DNA of 32,000 nucleotides from Kineococcus radiotolerans SRS30216 = ATCC BAA-149 (GCF_000017305.1 NC_009664.2:1260001-1292000); one strand, 5' to 3'; shown: positions 14,755 to 22,547, counted from the stretch's first letter. Translations and numbers: made by a program. Notes: a model not told the origin generated them from the letters alone.

Positions 14755-16404
14755 GTGAACGCTGCTTCTGCGTCGACCGCCGGAGTCGTCGGTACCGGCG
14801 ACGAGCGGCGCCGGCTCGCCGCCGTGCGCGACTACGTCGACGTCACCGCCACCCCGCCGCACGAGCTGCAGGCCGTGGTCCGGCTGGCGACCCGGGCCAC
14901 CGGCCTGCCCAACGCCGTCGTCAACATCATCGACGAGCACCTGCAGCGCCAGCTGGCCAGCGAGGGCTTCGACCGGGCCGACTGCGCCCGCGAGGACTCC
15001 ATGTGCCACTACTCCCTCGGCATCGGCGGCCTGGTGCACGTCCCCGACGCCCGTCGCGACGTCCGCTTCGCGGCCAACCCCTGGGTCGACGGGCGCCTCG
15101 GCGGGGTCCGCACCTACGCCGCCGCCCCGCTGGTCACCCCCGACGGTCTCGCCCTGGGAACCCTCTGCGTCTTCGACGAGGCCGAGCACGTCCTCGCCGA
15201 GGACCAGCGCGCCGCCCTCGCCGACCTCGCCGAGCTGGTCGTGTCCATCTTCGACCGCGAGCGCCGGGCCCGGCGCGAGGTGGCCCGCGAGGAGCAGCTC
15301 GCCCACGCCCGCCAGGCCGCCGAGACCGCCCGCGCCCTGCAGCACGCCCTGCTGCCGCACCGGCTGCCGCAGACGGACGCCGTGCGCCTGACCTCGCGGT
15401 ACCTGCCCGGCACCGACGGCGCCGAGATCGGCGGGGACTTCTACGACGCCATCAGCACCGACCGGGCCTTCGTCGTCGTCATGGGCGACGTGCAGGGCCA
15501 CAACGCGGCGGCCGCGGCGATGATGGGCCGGGTCCGCACGGCCGTGCGGGCCTACGTCAGCGAGGGCCACGAACCCGCCGCCGTGCTGGAGCGCACCAAC
15601 CGGCTCATGCAGTCCTTCGAGGGCGACCTGTTCGCCACCTGCTGCCTCGTCTCCCTCGTCGAGAGCACCGGCGAGGTCGTCGTCGCCAGCGCCGGGCACC
15701 CCGCTCCGCTGCTCTTCTCCCCCGGGCCGGTGCGCGAGCTCGACGTCGACCCCGGCCCCCCGCTGGGGGTGCAGGCCGACGCCGCCTACCCCGAGAGCCG
15801 GCACCGCCTCACCCGCGAGAGCCGGCTGCTGCTCTACACCGACGGGATCGTGGAGTGGCCCCGCGCCGCGGACACCGGCGACTCGGCCCTGGCGCTCGCC
15901 CTCACCGAGCGCGCCGGCTCCCCCGCCGACGCGATCGCCGAGGACGTCCTGGTCCCCGTCCGGCGCACCGCGAACACCGACGACGCCGCGCTGCTCGTCG
16001 TCGACTACGCCGGGCCCGCCCCCGGGACGCGGGAGACCCGGCTGGAGCTGCCCGCGGACACCCGCGCGGTGCGCGCCGCCCGCGACCACCTGCGCGCCAC
16101 CCTCGCCGCGTGGGACCTCGCCGAACGCGCCGACGAGGCCGAGCTCGTGGTCTCGGAGCTGGTGACCAACGCACTCCTGCACACCGGCTGCCCCGCGGCC
16201 CTGACGCTGCGCCACGACCTGGACGAGTCGCTGCTGTGCGTCGGGGTGGAGGACACCTCCACCCGCCACCCCCAGCCCCGCGAGTCCGACGACGACGCCA
16301 CCGGCGGGCGGGGGATGCACATCGTGGAGATGGTCGCCCAGCAGTGGTGGGTCGCCCCGCGCGGGGACGGCAAGACGGTGTGGGCGGGTCTGCTCGTGGC
16401 CTGA
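14755..16404 (+). CDS. GAF sensor / PP2C (SpoIIE-type) Ser phosphatase / HATPase_c (RsbW-like anti-sigma kinase) fusion protein
   Basis: 549-aa ORF. GAF: RRLAAVRDY...NIIDEHLQRQLASEG...DSMCHY...VPDARRDVRFAANPWV...YAAAPLVTPDGLALGTLCVFD. SpoIIE/PP2C: SRYLPGTDGAEIGGDFYDA...VVVMGDVQGHNAAAAAMMG...LLLYTDGIVE. C-terminal kinase fold: AELVVSELVTNALLH...GGRGMHIV. Confidence 0.85.
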   Translation: MNAASASTAGVVGTGDERRRLAAVRDYVDVTATPPHELQAVVRLATRATGLPNAVVNIIDEHLQRQLASEGFDRADCAREDSMCHYSLGIGGLVHVPDARRDVRFAANPWVDGRLGGVRTYAAAPLVTPDGLALGTLCVFDEAEHVLAEDQRAALADLAELVVSIFDRERRARREVAREEQLAHARQAAETARALQHALLPHRLPQTDAVRLTSRYLPGTDGAEIGGDFYDAISTDRAFVVVMGDVQGHNAAAAAMMGRVRTAVRAYVSEGHEPAAVLERTNRLMQSFEGDLFATCCLVSLVESTGEVVVASAGHPAPLLFSPGPVRELDVDPGPPLGVQADAAYPESRHRLTRESRLLLYTDGIVEWPRAADTGDSALALALTERAGSPADAIAEDVLVPVRRTANTDDAALLVVDYAGPAPGTRETRLELPADTRAVRAARDHLRATLAAWDLAERADEAELVVSELVTNALLHTGCPAALTLRHDLDESLLCVGVEDTSTRHPQPRESDDDATGGRGMHIVEMVAQQWWVAPRGDGKTVWAGLLVA

Positions 16405-16424
16405 GGCGCGGTCCGCTCCGGCGG

Positions 16425-16454
16425 GGTTCAGCTCCGGGTCGGTTCAGCCGATGT
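16425..16454 (+). promoter_or_regulatory. Two direct GGTTCAGC repeats, the second fused to a sigma-28/WhiG-like -10 element (GCCGATGT), upstream of the chemoreceptor gene
   Basis: GGTTCAGCtccgggtcGGTTCAGCCGATGT. GCCGATGT matches 7 of 8 positions of the flagellar-sigma -10 consensus GCCGATAT. The -35 position reads TTCA/TCAG rather than TAAA, which is a weak match. Confidence 0.3.
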
Positions 16455-16534
16455 TCTAGAGGTCGTCACCCGTCTGCCCGGCGCGGTGGTCCCCCTGTGA
16501 ACCTGCGGTGCAGGTGCGAGCAACCGGAGAACCC

Positions 16535-18124
16535 ATGAGCAAGCTGCGCGACCTGAAGGTCGCTTCCAAGCTCTTCGCCGGCTTCGGCGTCGTCTGCCTG
16601 CTGCTGGCCGTGATCGTCGCCATCGGCATCTCCCGGCTGGGTTCCTCCCAGGCCAACCTGTCACTGATGTCGACCTCGGGGATCGCCTCGGTGCAGACCG
16701 TCGGCGCCGCCAAGGTGGCCTTCCTCAACCTGCGCATGGACCTGGCCAACACCGCCCTGTCCCAGCCGGCCGACGTCGAGAAGGCCGTCCAGAAGATCAT
16801 CGCCGACGACGCGAAGTACGACGAGGCGTGGAAGGCCTACCTGGCCTCCTCCCCCGGCGCCAGCGAGGCCGAGCGCGCCAAGGTGGAGGACGCCATCGCC
16901 ACCTACCGCAGCAACCGCGAGCAGGTGCTGCCCTTCGCCGAGGCCGGTGACCTGGCCGGCTTCGTCAAGGCCCGCACCGAGCTCACCGTGCCCCCCTCGG
17001 ACGCCCTGAACGCCCAGCTCGACAAGCTCAGCGGGATCGAGCAGCAGGCCGCCAAGGACATGGCCGCCGCGGGCTCCAGCGACTACCACACCGCCGTGAC
17101 GATGCTCCTGGTCATCGGCGCCATCGCGCTGGCCGTCGCCGTCGTCGTCGCCGTCCTCGTCTCCCGCTCCATCGCCGGCCCGCTGGCCAAGACCCTCCAC
17201 GTCGTGCAGGGCCTCGCCTCCGGCCGCCTCGACCAGCGCGTGGCCATCACCGGCAAGGACGAGGTCGCCCAGCTGGCCACCGCCCTGGACGCGACCATGG
17301 ACCGCCTCACCGACACGATGCGCCGCATCGCCGGCAACGCCTCCACCCTCGCCGCCTCCTCCGAGGAGCTGACCACCGTCGCCACCCAGCTCTCCTCCGG
17401 CGCGGAAGAGGCCGCCACCCAGGCCCAGGTCGTCTCCGCGGCGACTGAGGAGATCTCCGCCAACATCGGCACCGTCGCCGCCGCCGGCGACCAGATGTCC
17501 TCCGCGATCCGCGAGATCGCCTCCTCCACCGCCGAGGCCTCCTCCACCGCCGCCTCCGCCGTCGCCGCCGCCACGTCCGCCGGGGAGACCCTCGAACGCC
17601 TCTCCGCCTCCTCCCGCGAGATCGGCGACGTCGTCAAGCTCATCACCTCCATCGCCGAGCAGACCAACCTCCTCGCCCTGAACGCCACCATCGAAGCCGC
17701 CCGGGCCGGGGAGATGGGCAAGGGCTTCGCCGTCGTCGCCGGTGAGGTGAAGGAGCTCGCGCAGCAGACCGCGCGGGCCACGGAGTCCATCGTGACCCGC
17801 GTCAACGCCACCCAGACCGACGCCACCGAGGCGGCGGGGGCGATCGCGGAGATCACCGAGGTCATCGCCCGCATCGACGGGTTGCAGTCCACCATCGCCG
17901 CGGCGGTGGAGGAGCAGTCCGCGACCACGTCCGAGATGGTCCGCAACGTCACCGAGGTCTCCACCGGCTCGCAGGAGATCGCCACGAACATCTCCGGCAT
18001 CGCCGCGGCCTCGGATCAGACCACCGCCGGGGCCACGCACACCGCGACCACGGCCGGTGAGGTCTCGCGCGCGGCGGTGGAGCTGAACGAGCTGGTGGGC
18101 TCCTTCACCCTGCCCCGCGGCTGA
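16535..18124 (+). CDS. Methyl-accepting chemotaxis protein (4-helix-bundle sensor, HAMP, MCP signalling domain)
   Basis: Trimmed to the ATG at 16535, which is preceded by GGAGA. TM1 is [19 protein letters not shown], followed by a periplasmic domain of about 160 aa and TM2, [22 protein letters not shown]. The HAMP region is [11 protein letters not shown]...[11 protein letters not shown]. The signalling hairpin is the invariant [35 protein letters not shown]. Confidence 0.9.
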   Translation: MSKLRDLKVASKLFAGFGVVCLLLAVIVAIGISRLGSSQANLSLMSTSGIASVQTVGAAKVAFLNLRMDLANTALSQPADVEKAVQKIIADDAKYDEAWKAYLASSPGASEAERAKVEDAIATYRSNREQVLPFAEAGDLAGFVKARTELTVPPSDALNAQLDKLSGIEQQAAKDMAAAGSSDYHTAVTMLLVIGAIALAVAVVVAVLVSRSIAGPLAKTLHVVQGLASGRLDQRVAITGKDEVAQLATALDATMDRLTDTMRRIAGNASTLAASSEELTTVATQLSSGAEEAATQAQVVSAATEEISANIGTVAAAGDQMSSAIREIASSTAEASSTAASAVAAATSAGETLERLSASSREIGDVVKLITSIAEQTNLLALNATIEAARAGEMGKGFAVVAGEVKELAQQTARATESIVTRVNATQTDATEAAGAIAEITEVIARIDGLQSTIAAAVEEQSATTSEMVRNVTEVSTGSQEIATNISGIAAASDQTTAGATHTATTAGEVSRAAVELNELVGSFTLPRG

Positions 18125-18156
18125 ACCCCCTGCCGCTGAACCACCGCGGCTGAACC
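18119..18156 (+). repeat. Three direct copies of (G)GCTGAACC at 15- and 14-nt spacing, overlapping the MCP stop codon; reverse complement of the upstream GGTTCAGC(C) repeats
   Basis: Read directly: cgcGGCTGAACCccctgccGCTGAACCaccgcGGCTGAACCccgc. Copies lie at 18120-27, 18135-42 and 18149-56. The first two contain TGA in the MCP reading frame. Confidence 0.7.
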
Positions 18157-18162
18157 CCGCAC

Positions 18163-18214
18163 GAACGGCACCGGGCCCCGGTCTGCTTCCGCAGACCGGG
18201 GCCCGGTGCCGTTC
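18163..18214. terminator. Bidirectional terminator-like perfect 24-bp hairpin between the convergent MCP and flavoprotein genes
   Basis: GAACGGCACCGGGCCCCGGTCTGC-TTCC-GCAGACCGGGGCCCGGTGCCGTTC. The stem has no mismatches. There is no clear U-tract on either strand, which fits the I-shaped terminators common in actinobacteria. Confidence 0.7.
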
Positions 18215-18215
18215 T

Positions 18216-18237
18216 GCCGTCCCGACCGCGGGACGGC
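18216..18237 (-). terminator. Second hairpin immediately downstream of the flavoprotein stop codon
   Basis: GCCGTCCCG-ACCG-CGGGACGGC: a 9-bp perfect stem lying 6 nt from the TGA at 18245-18243. Confidence 0.45.
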
Positions 18238-18242
18238 GGCGA

Positions 18243-19895
18243 TCAGTCGACGATGGCGCCGGGGTTGAGGTTGCGACCGGGGTCCACCCCGGCGAACAGC
18301 GTGCTGACGATCTCCGCCCCCGCCGGGGAGAGGTCCTCGCTCACCCAGCGCTTGTGCTCGCGCCCCACGGCGTGGTGGTGCGACAGCGTGCCGCCGTTGT
18401 CGATGAACGCCTGCTGGATGGCGCCCTTGACCACGTCGTAGGCCTCGAGGCCGTCGCGGTCCGTGGGGGGCTGGAACGCGAAGGTGAAGTACTGGCACGC
18501 CCCGGAGTGGTAGCTGTGCGAGAGGTGGCAGAAGACGAAACCCTTGACGCCGACCTCGGCGAAGGCCTTGCCCGCCGCGGCCACCACGTTGTCGTGCAGC
18601 GACTTCAGCGTCGTCCACGACGAGGACGTCTCGGACACGTCGCCGTAGGCGCCGCGGTCGAGGATGAAGTCGCGGATGTAGGGGGTGTCGAACTTCTTCT
18701 GGTCGTACAGGGTGCCCGGGCCGGACCCGACCCCGAACCCGCCGTGCTTCTTGACGATCTCGGCGACCAGCGCCTTGTTGCGGCGCACCCCCAGCGAGGA
18801 GCCCTCGAACCCGATGAACGACAGGCACATCTCGGAGAGGTCGAAGCCCTTGCGCTTGCTCGCGTAGAGCTGCACGCCCTTGTTGAGCAGCTGCCCCAAG
18901 GGGCTGCCCTTCTTCGACGTCGCCAGGGTGAACTGGGTCTCGTTGGCGTCCGAGACCCGGGTGATGCTCGGGGAGGCGTCGGAGGCGGCGATGTCGTGCA
19001 TGGCCTTCAGCCCGCTGGCGTAGTCGGGGAAGAAGTACGCCTGGATGACGCGCTCCTCGGCCACGCGGTGCACCTGGACGGTCGCCTCGGTGATGATCCC
19101 GAGCCGGCCCTCGCTGCCCAGGACCATCTCGCGCACCGAGGGGCCCACCGACTGGACGGGGACCTCGGAGGTCGCGACGAGGCCCTTCGGGGTCACCACC
19201 CGCACGGCGCGGGTGATGTCGGCGATGTCACCGAAGCGGTCGGACTGCATGCCCGAGGACCGCGTCGCGATCCAGCCGCCGAGGGTGGAGTGCTTGAAGC
19301 TGTCGGGGAAGTGCCCGATCGTCCAGCCGCGCGCGTTGAGCTGCGCCTCGAGGTCCGGGCCGAGGGCCCCGGCCTGGATGCGGGCGGTCTGCGCCGTCTC
19401 GTCGAGGGAGAGGACCGCGCGCATCCGGCCCACGTCCAGCGACAGCACCGGGCGGGTCTCCTCGCGCGGGGCCTCCAGGGAGCCGACGATGTTGGAGCCG
19501 CCGCCGAAGGGGATGAGCACCGCGTCGGCGTCCAGGGCGATCCGCAGCACGGCCTCCACCTCGGCCTCGGTGCCGGGGTAGAGGATCAGGTCCGGCACGC
19601 GGCCGAAGTCGCCGCGGCGGACGCGCACGAGGTCGCGCATCGACTTGCCGTAGGTGTGCACCACGCGGTCGTGGTCGTCGTCGTGGACGTGCTCGGCGCC
19701 CAGCGCCGCGACGAGGGCCTCGCGCAGCTCCTGCGAGGCCCGGGAGGCGGGGACCTCCAGCTCGGACAGCTCCGGCACCTGCGCGGGCGGGGCGTCGAAG
19801 TCGATGCCGGACACGCGCTTCACGAACGGCGCCAGGTTCGGCTTGTCCTCGTGGTGGAACGCGACGCCCTCCTGGCCCCAGCCCCACCACTTCAT
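18243..19895 (-). CDS. FAD-linked oxidase of the alkyldihydroxyacetonephosphate synthase (AgpS-like) family
   Basis: Trimmed to the ATG at 19895. Features: the N-terminus MKWWGWGQEGVAFHHEDKP typical of this family, PCMH FAD-binding domain motifs IPFGGGSNIVG and GHFPDSFKHSTLGGWIATRSSG, then GSEGRLGIITEATVQV, HLSHSYHSGACQYFTF and GGTLSHHHAVG. Confidence 0.8.
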   Translation of the reverse strand: MKWWGWGQEGVAFHHEDKPNLAPFVKRVSGIDFDAPPAQVPELSELEVPASRASQELREALVAALGAEHVHDDDHDRVVHTYGKSMRDLVRVRRGDFGRVPDLILYPGTEAEVEAVLRIALDADAVLIPFGGGSNIVGSLEAPREETRPVLSLDVGRMRAVLSLDETAQTARIQAGALGPDLEAQLNARGWTIGHFPDSFKHSTLGGWIATRSSGMQSDRFGDIADITRAVRVVTPKGLVATSEVPVQSVGPSVREMVLGSEGRLGIITEATVQVHRVAEERVIQAYFFPDYASGLKAMHDIAASDASPSITRVSDANETQFTLATSKKGSPLGQLLNKGVQLYASKRKGFDLSEMCLSFIGFEGSSLGVRRNKALVAEIVKKHGGFGVGSGPGTLYDQKKFDTPYIRDFILDRGAYGDVSETSSSWTTLKSLHDNVVAAAGKAFAEVGVKGFVFCHLSHSYHSGACQYFTFAFQPPTDRDGLEAYDVVKGAIQQAFIDNGGTLSHHHAVGREHKRWVSEDLSPAGAEIVSTLFAGVDPGRNLNPGAIVD

Positions 19896-19980
19896 GTGCT
19901 CGACCACGACGACTCCTGTACCTGGTCCCTGGACGCCCAGACCCCTGGGCACCCGGCTGCTGCGAACGGTCGGCGCGAGC

Positions 19981-20421
19981 CTACGCGCCGCCGACGACAC
20001 GACCCGCCAGGAACCGCACCGCGAGGTCGTAGCCGGCGGTGCCCAGCCCGGCGACCACCCCCGTCGCGACGGGGCTGACGAAGGAGTGGCGGCGGAAGTC
20101 CTCCCGGGCGTGGACGTTGGAGACGTGCACCTCCACCAGCCCCGCCGACAGCTCCGCGCAGGCGTCGCGCAGGGCCACCGAGGTGTGCGTCCAGGCCGCC
20201 GGGTTCAGCACCACCGGCAGCCCCGCGTCGGCCGCGTCGTGGATCCAGCCGAGCATCTCGTGCTCGGCGTCGGTCTGGCGCAGCTCCACCTCCACCCCGA
20301 GCTCGCCGGCGAGGCGCTGCAGGCGGGCCTCGACGTCGGCCAGGGTCTCGGAGCCGTAGACCTCCGGCTGCCGCCGGCCGAGACGACCGAGGTTGGGACC
20401 GTTGAGCACGAGGATCTTCAC
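19981..20421 (-). CDS. aroQ: Type II 3-dehydroquinate dehydratase
   Basis: Trimmed to the GTG at 20421. Sequence: [23 protein letters not shown]...[15 protein letters not shown]...[18 protein letters not shown], which are the canonical type II DHQase motifs. Confidence 0.9.
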   Translation of the reverse strand: MKILVLNGPNLGRLGRRQPEVYGSETLADVEARLQRLAGELGVEVELRQTDAEHEMLGWIHDAADAGLPVVLNPAAWTHTSVALRDACAELSAGLVEVHVSNVHAREDFRRHSFVSPVATGVVAGLGTAGYDLAVRFLAGRVVGGA

Positions 20422-20473
20422 CCGGTCGACGGTACCGAGCCCCGTGTCCGAGGGGGCTGCCACAGTCCGCCGC

Positions 20474-21061
20474 GTGAGCACCCCGGACCCCGCGCCGTTC
20501 CGCTGCTTCGGCACCGGCGACCCCCTCTACGAGCGGTACCACGACACCGAGTGGGGGCGCCCGGTGCGCGGGGAGCGCGAGCTGTACGAGCGGATCACCC
20601 TCGAGGCGTTCCAGTCCGGGCTCAGCTGGATCACCGTCCTGCGCCGGCGGGAGGGGTTCCGGGCCGCCTTGGCCGGCTTCGACCCCGAGGTCGTCGCCGC
20701 CTACGGCGAGGACGACGTGGCCCGGCTGCTGGCCGACCCGGGGATCATCCGCAACCGCCTCAAGGTCGAGGCCGCGATCGCCAACGCGCGCGCCCTGCTG
20801 GCCCTGCACGAGCGCGGCGGCAGCCTCTCCGGACTCGTGTGGTCCGCCGCCCCGGACCCCGCTCCCCCCGCGCCGCGCGAGCCCGCCGACGTCCCGGCCC
20901 TCACCCCCGCCTCGACGGCGCTCGCGAAGGCGCTGAAGGCGGCCGGCTTCCGGTTCGTGGGGCCCACGACGGCCTACGCCACGATGCAGGCCTGCGGCGT
21001 CGTCGACGACCACCTGGTCCGCTGCCCGGTCCGCGCGCAGGTGGAGGTGGACCGGGTGTGA
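20474..21061 (+). CDS. tag: DNA-3-methyladenine glycosylase I
   Basis: Trimmed to the GTG at 20474. Sequence: [62 protein letters not shown]...[19 protein letters not shown], which is the Tag family signature. Confidence 0.9.
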   Translation: MSTPDPAPFRCFGTGDPLYERYHDTEWGRPVRGERELYERITLEAFQSGLSWITVLRRREGFRAALAGFDPEVVAAYGEDDVARLLADPGIIRNRLKVEAAIANARALLALHERGGSLSGLVWSAAPDPAPPAPREPADVPALTPASTALAKALKAAGFRFVGPTTAYATMQACGVVDDHLVRCPVRAQVEVDRV

Positions 21062-21164
21062 CGCGCAGCACGCCCCGCGTGAACGTTCTCGCGCGCAGGT
21101 GCGAAGATGGTGCACCGAAGCGGGAGACCACGATCCCGGCGAGCCACAGACAAGAGGTGTCCAC

Positions 21165-22547
21165 ATGGTCGATCGACAGCGAGTCGTCATCGTCGGAGGT
21201 GGCTTCACCGGCCTGTACGCCGGCAAGAAGCTCGAGAAGCTCCTCCCGGCCTCCACGGCGGAGCTGGTGATCGTCAGCCCGACTGACCACCTCACCTACA
21301 GCCCCCTCCTGCCGGACGTCACGGCGTCCGTCATCGAACCCCGTCACGTCGCGGTCTCCCTGCGCCAGGCGCTGCCCCGCCACAAGCTCGTCGTCGGGCA
21401 CACGACCTCGGTCGACCCCGAGGCCAAGACGATCACCATCTCCCGCAGCGAGCGCGGCGTCGTCGGCGAGGACACCCAGGTCCTCTCCTACGACAAGCTG
21501 CTGCTGGCCCCCGGCTCGGTGACCCGCCGGTTCCCGATCCCCGGCGTGTCCGAGAACGCGCGCGGCGTGAAGACCATCACCGAGGCCGCGTTCGTGCGCG
21601 ACCACCTGATCTCCCAGCTCGACGCCGCGGACGCCCTGCCGGACGACCCGCGCTTCGACGCCGAGCGCCGCGAGCGCATGACGGTCGTCGCCGTCGGCGC
21701 GGGCTACACCGGCACCGAGATCGTCGCCCAGACCCACCGCTGGCTCACCCGCGTCGCCGACCGCTGGTCGAACATCGACGCCGCCGACGTGCGCTGGCTG
21801 CTCATCGACGTCGCCCCGGCCGTCCTGCCCGAGCTCGGGCCGCGCCTGGGCCAGTACGCCCTGTCCGCGCTCAAGGGCCGCGGCATCGACGTCCGCCTCG
21901 GGGTCTCCGTGGCCTCCGTCGAGGGCAACGTCATCAACCTCACCGACGGGACCCCGATCCCCTCGCGCACCCTCATCTGGGGCGCGGGCATCGTGGCCAA
22001 CCCGCTCATGGGCACCCTCGGTCTCCCGCTGGACCGCGGTCGCCTCGTCGTCGACGCCAAGATGAAGGTCGCCGGCGCCGAGGACGTCTGGGCCGCCGGC
22101 GACGCGGCCGCCGTGCCGGACCTGGTCAAGCCCAAGCCCGCCGACGGCCCCCAGCCGGTCACCCCGCCCACCGCGCAGCACGCGCAGCGCCAGGGCACCG
22201 CGGTCGGCAAGAACATCGCCGCGAGCTTCGGCATCGGCCAGGCCGCCGACTACGTCCACAAGGACCTCGGCCTGGTGGCCGACCTCGGTGGCGGCACCGC
22301 CGTCGCCAAGCCCCTGGGCATCGAGATGACCGGCCTGCCGGCCAAGATCGTCGCCCGCGGGTACCACCTGTACGCCCTGCCGGCGATGAGCAACCGCATC
22401 CGCGTGCTCACCGACTGGGCGCTGCACGTGCTGCTGCCGGTGCAGGCCGTCGCGCTGAACCAGACCCGTCCGGAGGACGCGCTCATCACCCCGGCGCAGA
22501 ACACGGACATCTACACCAAGGCCGAGGACAAGCCCAAGGTCGGCTGA
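21165..22547 (+). CDS. ndh: Type II NADH:quinone oxidoreductase (NDH-2)
   Basis: Trimmed to the ATG at 21165, which is preceded by AAGAGG. The two dinucleotide folds are RVVIVGGGFTGLYAGKKL and VVAVGAGYTGTEIVAQ. Other NDH-2 features are IWGAGIVANP and VWAAGDAA. Confidence 0.9.
   Translation: MVDRQRVVIVGGGFTGLYAGKKLEKLLPASTAELVIVSPTDHLTYSPLLPDVTASVIEPRHVAVSLRQALPRHKLVVGHTTSVDPEAKTITISRSERGVVGEDTQVLSYDKLLLAPGSVTRRFPIPGVSENARGVKTITEAAFVRDHLISQLDAADALPDDPRFDAERRERMTVVAVGAGYTGTEIVAQTHRWLTRVADRWSNIDAADVRWLLIDVAPAVLPELGPRLGQYALSALKGRGIDVRLGVSVASVEGNVINLTDGTPIPSRTLIWGAGIVANPLMGTLGLPLDRGRLVVDAKMKVAGAEDVWAAGDAAAVPDLVKPKPADGPQPVTPPTAQHAQRQGTAVGKNIAASFGIGQAADYVHKDLGLVADLGGGTAVAKPLGIEMTGLPAKIVARGYHLYALPAMSNRIRVLTDWALHVLLPVQAVALNQTRPEDALITPAQNTDIYTKAEDKPKVG

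Noticed and set aside
13438-16538. 960-aa minus ORF 13438..16320, plus 13686..14309, 13773..14720, 14445..14651, 15003..16538, 15114..15413, 15902..16174 and 16005..16373
   Set aside because: They carry no recognisable domains and have extreme Arg/Gly/Pro content. They overlap the SDR and GAF-PP2C-HATPase frames, which carry clear motifs.
16428-18040. Antisense ORFs within the MCP gene (16661..18040, 17083..18000) and the small ORFs 16428..16664 and 16456..16800
   Set aside because: MCP genes are Ala/Glu/Thr-rich and repetitive, which routinely leaves the opposite strand open. The translations are Gly/Asp/Leu low-complexity. The + frame contains the invariant MCP signalling hairpin.
16405-18242. 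MCP gene as cargo of a mobile element or MITE, because of the flanking inverted GGTTCAGCC repeats
   Set aside because: The repeats are only 8-9 nt long. There is no transposase or integrase, I can see no target-site duplication, and the codon and GC style match the neighbouring genes. It is kept as a finding about the repeats only.
21077-21092. Canonical Rex operator upstream of ndh
   Set aside because: The half-sites resemble GTGAA/TTCAC, but the spacing is about 2 nt shorter than the TTGTGAA-N4-TTCACAA consensus and one half-site is imperfect. It is reported only as a generic palindrome.
18016-21295. ORFs 18016..18828, 18354..20078, 19045..19581, 19228..19890, 19654..21270, 19892..21295, 20039..20359 and 20701..20967, and the N-terminal extensions of the AgpS-like gene, aroQ and tag
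   Set aside because: These are alternate or antisense frames without motifs. The real starts were chosen where family homology begins: MKWWGWG at 19895, [10 protein letters not shown] at 20421, and the GTG at 20474 before [19 protein letters not shown].
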